Shown: piece after piece, positions 39,640 through 53,038 of the stretch | How positions within the stretch are numbered: the first letter of the stretch is position 1 | Layout: each line of letters starts with the position of its first letter | Position numbers and translations under genes: made by a program | Source: Octopus vulgaris | Lineage: Eukaryota | Assembly: GCA_951406725.2 (NCBI GenBank) | Contig: OX597815.1 | Coordinates: 4,092,001 to 4,156,000 of the forward strand | DNA: 64,000 nucleotides | Direction of reading: 5' to 3' | The notes under the pieces: model-generated | Seen by the model: the letters and a program-made list of their open reading frames with translations, nothing else | The model's database searches: none | What the model was told of the DNA's origin: nothing

Positions 39640-40298
39640 ATGATGATGATGATGGTGGTGGTGGTGGTGATGATGATGATGGTGATGATGATGATGGTGG
39701 TGGTGGTGGTGGTGATGGTGGTGGTGGTGGTGGTGGTTGTGTTGGTGGTGGTGGTGGTTGTGGTGGTGGTGGTGGTGGTGGTGGTGGTGGTTGTGGTGGT
39801 GGTGGTGGTGGTGGTGGTTGTGGTGGTGGTTGTGGTGGTGGTGGTGGTGGTGGTGGTGGTGGTGGTGGTTGTGGTGGTGGTTATGGTGGTGGTAGTGGTT
39901 GTGTTGGTGGTGGTGGTGGTGGTTGTGGTGGTGGTGGTTGTGGTGGTTGTGGTGGTGGTGGTGGTGGTTGTGGTGGTGGTTGTGGTGGTGGTGGTGGTGG
40001 TGGTGGTGGTGGTGGTGGTGGTGGTGGTGGTGGTGGTGGTTGTGGTGGTGGTGGTGGTTGTGGTGGTGGTGGTGGTTGTGGTGGTGGTGGTGGTGGTGGT
40101 GGTGGTGTGGTGGTGGTGGTGGTGGTGATGGTGGTGATGATGGTGGTGGTGGTGGTGGTGGTGGTGATGATAATGATGATGGTGATGATGATGATGATGA
40201 TGTGGTGGTGGTGGTGGTGGTGGTGGTGGTGGTGGTGGTGGTGGTGATGGTGGTGATGATGATGATGGTGGTGGTGGTGGTGGTGGTGGTGATGGTGG

Positions 40299-40332
<34 letters not shown>

Positions 40333-40370
40333 GATGGTGGTGATGATGATGATGACGATGATGATGGTGG

Positions 40371-40401
<31 letters not shown>

Positions 40402-40458
40402 TGTGTTTTGTGGTAGTAGTGATGATGATGGTTGTAGCTGGTGATGGTGGTGGTGGTG
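39640..40458. repeat. Imperfect (GGT)n/(GAT)n tract
   Basis: Directly visible. Confidence 0.95.
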
Positions 40459-41490
40459 AGTTAAAAAAAAACCTATAATTTCCCGTTGATGTTTGGAAAC
40501 GGTAAAGAGGAATCGTGATGGTAACAGCACAAACACCCAAACACCCAAACACCAAAACCGAACATCGTCGGGAATTTACTGAACACAAAAGACACGTGAA
40601 TTCTACTACAGCATAATAATAATAATAATAATAAAAATTATCCTTTCTACTAAAGGCACAAGGCCTGAAATTTGGGAGGAGGGGACTAGTCGATTACGCC
40701 GACCCCAGTACGCAACTGGTACTTAATTTATCGACCCCGAAAGGATGAAAGGCAAAGTCGACCTCGGCGGAATTTGAATTCAGAACGTAACGGCTGACGA
40801 AATACCTATTTCTTTACTACCCACAAGGGGCTAAAAACACAGAGAGGACAAACAAGGACAGACAAACGGATAAAGTCGATTACATCGACCCTAGTGCGTA
40901 ACTGGTACTTAATTTATCGACCCCGAAAGGATGAAAGGCAAAGTCGACCTCGGCGGAATTTGAACTCAGAACGTGAAACAGACGAAATGCCGCTAAGCAT
41001 TTCGCCCGGCTGCGCTAACGGTCGCCAGCAATTATATTTCTAAAGTTATACTCCAAGCGGAGTGGCTTTTAGTTGTTTCAGTTATTAAATTGCGGCCATG
41101 CTGGGGCACCGCCTTGAAGAATTTTTAGTCAAATGAATCGATCCCAGGCTGGTACCTATTCTATCGGTCTCTTTTGCTGAAGTGCTAAGTACAGGGGCGT
41201 AAACACACCAACACCGGTTGTTAAGTAGTGGTGGTGGGGACAAGCACAGACACAAAGTCACACACATACATTCACACACGCACACACTCACACGCGCGCG
41301 TGTGTGTGTGTGTATAAATGATGGGCTTCTTTCAGTTTCCGTCTTTCAAATCCACTCACAAGTCTTTGGAAACTGAAAGAAGCCTGCCACATAAATATGG
41401 GCAAGTGTCTTCTACTACAGCCGCGGGCTGATCAAAGCCCTGTCAGTGGACTTGGTTGATGGAAACTGCAAGAAGCCCGTCGTATATATG

Positions 41491-41541
<51 letters not shown>

Positions 41542-41548
41542 GTGTGTC

Positions 41549-41579
<31 letters not shown>

Positions 41580-41874
41580 GTCTGTGTTTGTCCCCCCAAC
41601 ATCGCTTGACAACCGATGCTGGTGTGTTTACGTCCCCGTAACTTAGCGGTTCGGCAAAAGAGACCGATAGAATAAGTACAAGGCTTACAAGGAATAAGTA
41701 CTGGGGTCGACGTGCTCGACTAAAGGAGATGCTCCAGCATGGCCACTGTCAAATAACTGAAACAAGTAAAAGAGTAATGTACATAATTTCATCATCCCTT
41801 AAATATAGAACTTCAACCATACACCTTTGGAGAATGTCGTAACGAGGTGAAGACTATTTATTTCCTTCATATAC

Positions 41875-42229
41875 CTGACTTATATCTCATTCTCGCTCAC
41901 AACATCATAAGCGGAAAGTGTAACCTCTCGAAAGAGCTGTTCTTCACTCCTGCTCCAGAGCGTCGGCTGCGGGGTCATTCCGAAAAGCTCTACCTGCGAC
42001 GATTTCATCTCAATCGAAGGAGAGGAGCTTTCTCCGTCCGGGTTGCGGATCCGTGGAACAAGCTGCCAGACGAGATGGTGAAGATGCCGACGACCGCTTC
42101 GGTTCAAGGTCTCCCTTGACCTCAAGTGGCCTGAACTCTTTACATGAACACCACCCTGTACATAACTCCATGTCCCCTTACATGGCCTTGCTTTTTGCTC
42201 TTGAGCCAAAAAATTAACTAACTAACTAT
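41875..42229 (+). mobile_element. 3' end of a CR1-group LINE with (AACT)n tail
   Basis: RLRGHSEKL...FSVRVADPWNKLPDEMV...FKVSLD, the conserved CR1 ORF2 C-terminus; ends attaactaactaact. Confidence 0.85.
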
Positions 42230-42716
42230 ACTTTCAGGCCAACCATAAATGAGTCGTGTGTCAGATTGGACTTCCTGTCTGGCTATGATCCGGTCACATA
42301 TCTTTCAGATTTACTCAACAAAAACATAAGAATTTCTTTGCGATTGTAAATAACACCACAGAGAGACTGTCTCCTTGAAGTACACACAATCGATTCCTGT
42401 ATTTAACTTCATGCATGATAGTGATCAAGGATGGGGTCACGTTGTCTAAGGTCTTGACTGTGATCTCTGGAGCTTAAGCAATGCGAGGGGCCTCTAGCAT
42501 CTGCCAATGAAGAACAAAATTGAATAACTGTATCTAATCTAGCCCGACGATAACCAGATCCCTCCCGTATCGTGGCCCCTCTAACATCACAGTTTTGTTG
42601 ATTACTCAACACATCTCCAGACCCTTGCAACTTGTTCAATTGGGATGATATTGTCACTGTGACAATGATCCTGGATAAATACGTTCAAATAGGCTGCATT
42701 CATTTTATACATTAGA

Positions 42717-43448
42717 CTAGCTTAAGGTGACCCGCTCTACGCGTGGGTGAGGGTGTGGTTGTTACTTTCTGTTTCTTCCTTTCTGTTTTTTATCGCCACA
42801 TTCTCCCTCTTTCTTTCTCTATCCTTTCTCATTTTCCCACTCTCTTACTCTTCCTTTCTCTCGGACTTACCCTCGTTTTCTCTTACTCTTTATCTTTCTC
42901 TGTCTATCTCTCTGCCATTTATAAAAAAAATTAGATTTCCGCGTTTAAATTACAAATCCGCTTCCACTTTACCATGTCGAAAATTTGATTGAAATCGGAC
43001 AAAAGGTGTCCAATCTAGACCCCAAAAATCAATAAAATCCCAGTTTTCACACCAAAGCAACCACTGTAGCGCCACAAAACGTTTCCCAATCAATTTCCCC
43101 CCTCAAGTTACCCACTCCTGTAAATTTGAATCCCCTTCCAGCTCCATTTAGACCCTTTTTTACATAAAAATCCAATTTGTGTCTACGTTCGCCTTCTTCA
43201 TTTTATAGATAGGATTAGATGCCAATCGCGCCAATCTGGAGGGGCTTAGAGCCCCCTTGAAACTTCTCACCATAGCAACCGCATCTTTCCAGATGGTGAA
43301 TTTTAACCTACTCAACTCTCTGCCTCATCGCACCTTCTATGCCTGTGTCAATTTTCAGCTCGATCTGACCACTGGTGTGGCCGCCAACCTCTGACGTAGC
43401 AAAACGTGCACACAATTTTGACCCAAAGCCTCTTTTATATATATAGAT
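42717..43448 (-). mobile_element. Helitron-like non-autonomous element, abutted by a second one at ~43449 with an internal ~210-bp duplication (43450-43660 vs 43745-43960)
   Basis: actagcttaaggtgacccgctctacgcgtgggt (reverse CTAG plus hairpin) ... ttttatatatatagat; next end tagcagagaaacccggtcttgctcggg. Confidence 0.6.
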
Positions 43449-44004
43449 AGCAGAGAAACCCGGTCTTGCTCGGGATTAAAATAGTTTATCATTGTTTTAT
43501 TTGTTTCGGTATTATAACTCGATTTCATTCGGATCTACGCGGGCCACACTTTAAAGATGAGGAATTTTGCCCTAGAGGCCACACCTTTCAATTGAGCAAA
43601 CTCAAAGTTGCCAGCAAACTCGCCAGGACTTTTAACATAGGTGTGCAAATTTTCAACTGAATCCTACCATATTTACTAACACTTTTGCCTGTATAACTGC
43701 TTGTGAGACAACGTCTGCCCTTTTCACAAATATGTAGTAGACCTACAGAGATACCCGACCTTATTTGGGATTAAAATGGCATAGTTTTTCATTGTTTTAC
43801 TTGTTTGGTTAATATAAGCCGATTTCATTCGGGTGTAATCGGGCCACATTTTAAAAGATGAGGAATTTTGTCCTAGAGGTCACGCCTTTCATTTGAGGAA
43901 AAAATAGTTGCCATGCAAACTCGCCAGCACTTTTAACATAGGTGTGCATATTTTCAGCTCAACAGACCACATAATGCACACATAATATATATATATATAT
44001 ATAT

Positions 44005-44053
<49 letters not shown>

Positions 44054-44712
44054 ATATATGTGCATTATGTGTGTGTACGCATTATATATACAAATTAAAT
44101 ATATATATATATATAAATACAGATATATACACTTTGTATATATACATTATATATACATATTTATATATAGATACAGACACACACACACTCACATATATAA
44201 ATTAACCCAATAAATATCTGATTCATAATATTTGTTCTCATGATTGTATTGTGGTGGTGGCGATAATAAAACTCTATGAATGCAGACAGACGTACAGAGA
44301 GAGAGAGAGGAGGCGGTGATGGAAAGAGTGACAACGCTGGCGAAGGCGGTGGGGGGAAAGATAGTAGAAGCTGTCAAACGTCGTTATAGAGAGAAAGTGA
44401 TGGGAAGGGAGGAAAGAGAGAGAGACGGAGGAAGAAAGGCAGAGAGAAGAATGAGAGAAGACTTGTCAAAGTGTGCGTTTTTTGCCTTAGTAACCACACC
44501 TTTTAAGATAGGGATTTCTAACCTGGCCCAATCACATCCTCACCTCATTTTACATGTCCCTGTAAATTTTGGAGTCAATCCGACGGGATCTAGAGCTCTT
44601 TAACCCGTTCCAATGCCAAAACCAGACAAACAAACAAACGTTCTCGTTTCAGATTTATAGATATTGATTCTGGTATGGTGTTCGCCAATAGTTTTACGCC
44701 ACGTAAATATTA

Positions 44713-45172
44713 TACATACATACATACATACATACATACATACATACATTCAAATATACATACATACATTCAAATATACATACATACATACATACATACA
44801 TACATACATTCAAATATACATTCAAATATACATACATACATACATACATACATACATACATACATTCAAATATACATACATACATACATCTATACATACA
44901 TACATACATACATACATTCAAATATACATACATACATTTATACATACATACATACATTCAAATATACATACATACATACATACATCTATACATACATACA
45001 TACATTCAAATATACATACATACATACATCTATACTTACATACATACATACATACGTACATACATACATCTATAAATACATACATTCAAATATACATACA
45101 TACATACATCTATACATACATACATACATACATACATACATACATACATACATACATACATACATACATACA
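44713..45172. repeat. (TACA)n tract with periodic ttcaaata / tcta interruptions
   Basis: Directly visible. Confidence 0.95.
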
Positions 45173-45173
45173 T

Positions 45174-45720
45174 GGTGGCTGCCCCCTCGTTATCGAGTAT
45201 GGCCATTGCACAAAGCTTAATCAATGTTGTTATCGTACAATGCCTGTGCAAGAAGATATTTTTAAAGTGAGGAAAGGCTGTGCACTGAGTCAATCCCACT
45301 CACTAAGCAACAGCAGCCATAATCCGAAAAGAAGAACAAGTCAACGTCATCGGTAACCACTGAGCCGCAGGTTTTATGTCGGAGTTATCCCAGTTACATG
45401 AGTTACCTTCTCCTAGAAGGATGCCCTAACAAAGGCTAGGAGTCCTTCACTCCCAATGGTTTAAACTGCGCGATCGGGTATTCAGTCCGATTATTTCTAT
45501 GTCCCCGCGCATGATACATCCTTAAGACATTTATTGGATGGCCGTTGACTCTCAAGAGTTCCTCCGCCCTTTGACGGGTTTTGTTTTTCATCCCGCAGGG
45601 TGTCCAATAAACACCCTCCTCACCAAGCAAGCTTGGTGGGGTTGCCGGTTTAGTCGCCGACGACCCGACCATGCAACAGGTTGTACTGGGTTACATGTTA
45701 CCAGTAGCACTCGAAAGTGA
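45174..45720 (-). mobile_element. RTE-related SINE or non-autonomous retroelement
   Basis: gagttaccttctcctagaaggatgccctaacaaaggctaggagtcc resembles the reverse of a conserved RTE 5' motif (recalled); abuts an (ATGT)n tract. Confidence 0.4.
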
Positions 45721-45832
45721 CCTGACATATACATACATATATGCATACATACATACATACATACATACATACACACGCACATACATACATACATCTATGC
45801 ATACAAACATACATACATACATCTATGCATAC

Positions 45833-45921
<89 letters not shown>

Positions 45922-46622
45922 ATCTTGCAAGTATGAAGTGGATTCGATCCACCATAGCCAAATTTAAATTAACAGTTCAATAGAACTTTTCTCGGTGGAA
46001 CAATGGTATTTTTTTTTTTCAAAGACAGCAGTTCTACATTTTCCAGATGCTTTTAGATAAGCCGAAATAATGTCTTCACCACTTGACCCTTATAACCTCT
46101 TCTGCTTCACCAAAAGCTTGAATAGAAATATCACAGTACCACCAACAAAGCCCATTGTTCTCAACGATATGTCTATCCTTCTGAATAGTTATAAAAGCAA
46201 GAACCCCCAAGCAAAAACCAGTGGTCACTTTGGTGACAACTCAGTGGAAACAGAGTCTGGCTGACCGGCTAGAACTATGGTATCTCACCAACGAAGCAGT
46301 TGTTTCGTCCCACACTCTCTCACTAGCTCTAATTCTGTTCTCTTACAACATTACTCTATCTCTTTCTGTAATTACTACTAAATAATAACGAGAACTCAAA
46401 CACAAACTATGCAAAGGATAATCTACATCAATCTTTACTTCGCATGCCTTACGATTTTCAGCACCTGCCCGTCGAGGTAAGGTATTGTATAATGTAACGG
46501 GTAAAAATAAATATTTCCTTAAAATTTCATGCATTGTTCACCTTTCACATCTTACAACATGCCGTTGCAAAACGATTTCAACCGATACAATAGTAATCTT
46601 TAATCGTTACATATATATAAAC

Positions 46623-46888
46623 ACAATTGCAGCGTGGAAGGTGTTTATAAGCCATTTAAAAACATACAAAAACCGTTACATTCACTTCAACATTTAATTT
46701 TTATTTGTCAAAACATTTTCGTCGCTTTCAAATCGCGACCAGCACGGAATTTTGTCAGTGAACAGATCGCGGTCTCAAAGCGACGAAAATATTTTGACAA
46801 ATTAAATTTAAATGTTGAAGTGAATCGAACGGTTTTTTTTGTGTTTTTTTTTTTAATGGCTTATAAATACCTTCCACGCTGCAATTGT
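46623..46888. repeat. Diverged ~115-bp-arm palindrome; right arm homologous to 34960-35092
   Basis: acaattgcagcgtggaagg...gtcgctt / aagcgac...ccttccacgctgcaattgt. Confidence 0.85.
46751..46801 (+). ncRNA. Minimal hammerhead motif, G3-C8 variant (second copy)
   Basis: tttgtca GTGAACA gatcgc...gcgac GAAA atat TT tgacaaa. Confidence 0.6.
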
Positions 46889-47110
46889 TTTTGTTTCATC
46901 ACACGATTTCGGATCAAGTCACTAGCTATGCAAGTACATCTCCGTAATACATATATATATATGTTCTTTTATTCTTTTACTTGTTTCAGTCATGCTGGAG
47001 CACCGCCTTTAGTCGAACAAATCGACCCCAGGACTTATTCTTTGTAAGCCTAGTACTTATTCTATCGGTCTCTTTCACCGAACCGCTAAGTAACGGGGAC
47101 GTAAACACAC

Positions 47111-47206
<96 letters not shown>

Positions 47207-48658
47207 TATACGTTGGGCCTCTTTTCAGTTTCCGTCTACCAAATTCACTCACAAGGCTTTGGTCGGCCCGAGACTATAGGGAAGGCAGTTGCCCAAGGTG
47301 CCACGCAGTGGGACTGAACCTGGAACCATGTGATTGGTAAGCAAGCTACTTACCACACAATCACTCCTGCGCCTATATATAATAATAATGATGAGATTAT
47401 TGTATACAGTGCTCAGGTGCACCACAACTTGTCAAAAGTGCGTATAAAGCATATGCAGTAATGTACAAATGTCTGGGAAGACATTTGTGTGTGTGTGTAC
47501 AGAGACACACAGACAGACAGAGGGGTGACAGAGAAAGAGAGAGGCGTACAAACACTCGTTCACACATGCATTGAGCAGAATCACAAATCATTTCGAGTAA
47601 CGGTATACAGTACAAGGGGGACAACTCTAAAATGACTGTACGAAAACTCTTCACGAAATAATTTTAAAAACTCTTTCGAACATCGATTTAAGTCTCTTTT
47701 TTTTTTTTCCGTTTTTTTATGAAAGGGTGATATTTTGGGATATTTTAATATTCTCTCCACCTCCCAGAATTTACTCTGTGTTTTATTGCACTATTGCATG
47801 CTGGAGACGAAAATTACAATCATTTCCTCTAAAACTGAACCCTTTCTACTACTGTAGGGCACAAGGCCTGAAATGTTGGGAGAGGGATTAGGTTGATTAC
47901 ATCACCCCCAGTGTCCAACTGGTACTTATTTTATCGACCCCAAAAGGATGAAAAGCAAAGTCAACACCGGCAGGATTTGAACTCAGAAATGCCTAATTCT
48001 TTACTATCCACAAGGGGCTAAACACAGAGAGGACAAACAAGGACAGACACACGGATTAAGTCGATTATATCGACCCCAGTACGTAACTGGTACTTATTTA
48101 ATCGACCCCGAAAGGATGAAAGGCAAAGTCAACCCCGGCAGGATTTGAACTCAGAAATGCCGCTAAGCATTTTATTCGGCGTGCTAACGATTCTGCCAAG
48201 CTCGCCACTTTCCTCCAGAAATTATTAATAAATTACAAGTATTTAGTGTTATGTAGTTTTAGCCAATCGGAAGCGTCCATTACCGACATACAGGAAGTCG
48301 CAATTGTCTGTTTCCATGGTTATTTGAAGAGAAACATTGTGGCTGGAAAGAATTCCAAAAGATCCGTGCCTTTTCCCTTTCCGACTTACTTCGGCGGCCA
48401 ATTCCCTAACACTTAATATGTTTGTTTGGTTTTGTAAGTCACAAGATTTGATTTACTCAACAACTAAAAGTTCCTTCTCTGAAATGTTATGCAGGATTGG
48501 CTGTGTGGTAAGTAGCTTGCTAACCAACCACATGGTTCCGGGTTCAGTCCCACTGCGTGGCATCTTGGGCAAGTGTCTTTTACTATAGCCCCGGGCCGAC
48601 CAATGCCTTGTGAGTGGATTTGGTAGACGGAAACTGAAAGAAGCCTGTCGTATATATG

Positions 48659-48693
<35 letters not shown>

Positions 48694-49115
48694 TTGTGTG
48701 CCTGTGTTTGTCCCCTTAGCATTGCTTGACAACCGATGCTGGTGTGTTTACGTCCCCGTCACTGAGCGGTTCGGCAAAAGAGACCGATAGAATAAGTACT
48801 GGGCTTACACAGAATAAGTTCCGGGGTCGATTTGCTCGACTAAAGGCGGTGCTTCAGCATGGCCGCAGTCAAATGACTGAAACAAGTAAAAGAGTAAAAG
48901 AGTAAAAAGAGACATATTTTTAAGAGAGGTGAATATTTGTTCGTTGCTCTTGTGGGAATTAAGGTTCTTCTGAAAGAAATTATTGCATTAAAGATATATA
49001 TAAATAAATAAATATATATAAAAATATAAATATAATGTATAATATAAATTTGATAGTTTAAAAGTTTTGAATTAATTATTTATGTATATGTATGGATGGA
49101 TGAATGTAGAAAGTT

Positions 49116-49572
49116 GAAAAGGAACACACAAGTTGATATGTAAATAAGGAAAATAAGACAAGGTGGAAAATGCTAAAAGAATTTTATCATGAAGAACATT
49201 TTAGTACCGGTTTCAGTCTTTGCGAATTTTTCAACTTAGAAAAAAACATGAAAAACAATTAAATTGTGGAAAAATTAAATGAAATGTTTTTGTTTTTTTT
49301 TAATATTTCCATTGTTTTCAAATGCAAGGGACATTTTCCTTTTTTCTATGTCACATGAGTATAAAAGAGAGACAGAGACAGACAGAAAATATTTTAAAAA
49401 AACATTTCATTTAAGTTTTCCACAATTTAACTGTTTTTGATGCTTTACTTTAAGTTGAAAAAGTTGCAAAGGCTGAAACCGGTTCTAAAATGTTCTTCAT
49501 GATAAAATCATTTTAGCATTTTCCACCTTGTCTTATTTTCCTTCTTTACATATCAACTTGTGTGTCCCTTTT
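49116..49572. repeat. Diverged ~175-bp-arm fold-back element, each arm with a U3-A8 hammerhead-like motif (49200-49239 minus; 49449-49489 plus)
   Basis: acacaagttgatatgtaaa...aaatgaaatgttttt inverted; aag TTGAAAA agtt-gcaaa-ggct GAAAC cg GTT ctaaa. Confidence 0.8.
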
Positions 49573-49657
49573 TTTGGCTAGATAAGTTACGGAGACACAC
49601 CAACGCCAGTTGTCAAGAGGCAGTGGGGGACAAACACAGATATACACACATAGATAT

Positions 49658-49715
<58 letters not shown>

Positions 49716-50385
49716 CACAAAGTAAGTTAGGGGTTATGGGTGTAACCCACTAAGGGACAGTATTTATCCAATATACTGTTGGTAAAGTACCCAAATTCTT
49801 AATACATAAATGTTTTTAATTGCAATGCAATTAAGTCATTTATTGTATTAAACAGGTGAAGGTAAAGAAATAATTTACCGTTAATTTATAATAGAAATAA
49901 GAAAATTATTTATTCATTAATGAATAAATAATTGAACCTTCTAATATCCGAAAGTTGATGATCAAACTAAATTGTTTCTCCGTTTTCTTATTTGTATTAT
50001 ATATATACATAGTCAATCCAAACATGGACAAGCAACAAAAAAACAATGCAAGGACATGGAATAAATGTTATTGGAATAAGTGTTATTGGACGCTCAGGAA
50101 GGGAAAGAAAGAGGATTTCACACACACACACACATATATATCGTCGTCGTCGTCGTTTAGCGTCCGTTTTCCATGCTAGCATGGGTTGGACGGTTCTACT
50201 GGGGTCTGTGAAGCCAGAAGGCTTCATCAGGCCCAGTCAAATCTGGCAGTGTTTCTACGGCTGGATGCCCTTCATATATATATATATATATATACGATGG
50301 TCTTCTTTCAGTTTCTGTCTACCAAATCCACTCACAAAATTTGGTAGAAAGGCACTTGCTCAAGGTATATCTCAATTATTTTGCT

Positions 50386-50418
<33 letters not shown>

Positions 50419-50421
<3 letters not shown>

Positions 50422-50628
50422 TCATCATCATTTAACGTCCGTTTTCCACGCTAGCACGGGTTGGATGGTTCGACCAGGGTCTGGGAAGCCAGGCTGCACC
50501 AGGCTCCAGTCTGATCTGGCAGTGTTTCTACAGCTTGATGCCCTTCCTAACGCCAACCACTCCTCGAGTGTAGTGGGTGCTTTTTACGTGCCACCGGCAC
50601 AGGTGCCAGGGGAGTCTGGCATCGACCA
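50419..50628 (-). mobile_element. SINE-like family D with (GAT)n tail (copies 50141-50272, 61681-61880)
   Basis: catcatcat.tttaacgtccgttttcc..gctagca.gggttgga...gatgcccttcctaacgccaaccac shared by the copies. Confidence 0.75.
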
Positions 50629-50746
50629 TAATTAGTGTACATTTAAACACAAAAGAGGCGACCCTTGATAGGCAGTTTGTCTACTGACTTTTTATACATG
50701 CTAGGCCACTGGGAGTGAAATTTCTAAAATTTTGCTGCCCTATCTC

Positions 50747-50785
<39 letters not shown>

Positions 50786-51014
50786 TATATATATAAGCAA
50801 AATAACTGAGATTCAGATGAATTAGGTACTTAAGTTGAAGCACCAAAAATTAGAGCAGTATTATCCGTACAACTTGAAAATAAGATGAATAAAATCAAAA
50901 TAGCCCTACATTTTAAATTGATGTAATGATCGCATCAATGGAGCTGCTCGAAACGGTTGTACTGCATCACCCCTGGATATCCTGTTGTTTATTTTGATTT
51001 ATATATATATATAT

Positions 51015-51133
51015 TATATAGAGGGCATTACTATACATAAATGCCACATGCTAGGAGGGACTCTTAAAGTCAAAAGTTTTGACTTTAAGAGTCCCTTCTA
51101 GCATGTGGCATTTATTGTAATGCCCTCTATATA
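51015..51133. repeat. ~55-bp-arm palindrome in TA-rich context
   Basis: tatatagagggcattac...gactcttaaagtcaaaa / ttttgactttaagagtc...gtaatgccctctatata. Confidence 0.9.
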
Positions 51134-51682
51134 AAATAAATAAATATATTTAAAAGAAAAATTGGCGGATTTTCTTTTATGAAGTTTTTCACGCTAACTA
51201 CTTCATAAATTCTTATAAAGATTTTATCCTATTTTAAAATTTATATATATATATATATATATATATATGACGCAATTCTTTTCAACCAAATCGGTACTTC
51301 TTTAGAAGCGCAAATCTCCAAGAAAATGAAGCTTAATTTCTCAAAAAAAAAAAATTTATGAAAATGGGAAATATATTCAAAATATATGAAGTATGAAAGA
51401 AATTAAGAAGATTCATCTATTTTTAAATATTTTATACCAAAAACTAAAAAACAGAAAACGGGCACTCTCGAATATAAACAAATATGTCAGACAATGTATC
51501 AGATATTATTAATGATACGAGTGACCCGACAATAACATTTGAAAATTCTTGATAATTTTTATTCAGATTTTTATTGCGCACACTGGTTAGGGTTAGGGTT
51601 AGCTTTATGGTTAAGGTCAGTTTTAGGGTTAGGGTTAGGTGGTGTGGACTTGCTTTACCTTCGCCCATTTTATGTGATAAAT

Positions 51683-51937
51683 GGAACTACTTGAGAACAG
51701 TGGTCCCGGTGCGCGAACTCGCGCTAGCTAGTCGTGACTAGTCGATCTTTACTTTGTATTTTATTTACTTTGTTTAAAAAATTATTTACTTGGTGTTTTT
51801 GTGTTTTATTTACTTTGTGAAAAAAAATTATTTATTTTGTGTTTTATTTAGGTAGTTGTTGTAGGATCGACTAGTCACAACTAGCTAGCGCGACTACGCG
51901 AGTGCGCGCACCGTGCCCACTGTTCTCAAGTAGTACC
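51683..51937. mobile_element. Merlin-like MITE copy 1 (inverted relative to copies 2-4)
   Basis: TIR ggaactacttgagaacagtggtcccggtgcgcg / cactgttctcaagtagtacc. Confidence 0.75.
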
Positions 51938-52225
51938 GTAATACTTCCCGTTCAGACACAAAATTTGACATAATAGTTATATATTATTTATAAACTGACT
52001 TTTAAGAAAAAAATTGGGAAACGGTCTTCTTACAATTCGCAGACGGATATTGCCGGGGCCCCTTCTATCATTAATACTATCCGAATGGTAAAAGTAAGTT
52101 ATCGCCCCTTGCATCGTCCGACATGTTTGTTTACACCCGCGGGTTCCGTTTCCCGGACATTCTTTTTTAGCATAAAATATATAAAAATAAATGAATCTTC
52201 CTAATTTTTTTGCATGCTTCATTTA

Positions 52226-52429
52226 GGTACTACTAGCGAACAGTGGTCCCGGTGCGCGCACTCGCGTTGTCGCGCATCCGCACTAGCTAGTCGTGACTAG
52301 TCGATCCTACAACGACTTCCTAGCAAAGTTAATAAAACACAAAAACACAAAGTAAGGATCGACTAGTCATGACTAGCTGGCGCGGATGCGGGAGTACGCG
52401 CACCGGGACCCCTGCTCTCAAGTAGTACC
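52226..52429. mobile_element. Merlin-like MITE copy 2 with 9-bp TSD
   Basis: GGTAC...GTACC termini, ~75-bp TIRs, TSD cttcattta on both sides. Confidence 0.85.
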
Positions 52430-52800
52430 CTTCATTTATTTTGGATACATTTCCCATTTCCGTAACTTTTTTAACAAGTAAGCGTCGTTTTCTTGGAGAG
52501 GTTCGCTTCTAAAGAATCCCCACCAAATCCACTCACGAGGCTTTGGTGGGGCTCGAGGCTGTGGTACTTGCTCAAGATACCACGCAGTGGGATTGAACCC
52601 CGGAGTATGTAAAACAAACTTCCTACTACACAACAGGTGCGATTTAAATCTTACTTGACAAATAACCAGTTTTTAGAAATCCGCGATTATTCCCGCTCTT
52701 GGAGCGTATTTTTATCCTTTATTCTTAAATTTCGGGGTGGATGTTACAAAGGGTTATAAGTAGTAAATGATGGAAAGGAAATAGGAATGATTGTAAGATA

Positions 52801-53038
52801 TACTTAAGAACAGTGGTCCCGGTGCGCGCACTCACGTACTTGCGCATCCGCGCTAGCTAGTCGTGACTAGTCGATCCTACGACTAATTAGCAAAGTAAAT
52901 AAAACACAAAATAAATAATATTTTTACACAAAGTAAGTAATTTTTTAAAACAAAGTAAATAAAAACAAAAACACAAAGGATCGACTAGTCACGACTAACT
53001 AGCGCAAGTGCGCGCACCGGGACCGTTCTTCTTAAGTA
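52801..53038. mobile_element. Merlin-like MITE copy 3 (tips eroded)
   Basis: tacttaagaacagtggtcccggtgcgcgcac ... gtgcgcgcaccgggacc...cttaagta. Confidence 0.75.

Noticed and set aside
42370-42710. 82-aa minus-strand ORF
   Set aside because: No recognisable domain or splice support
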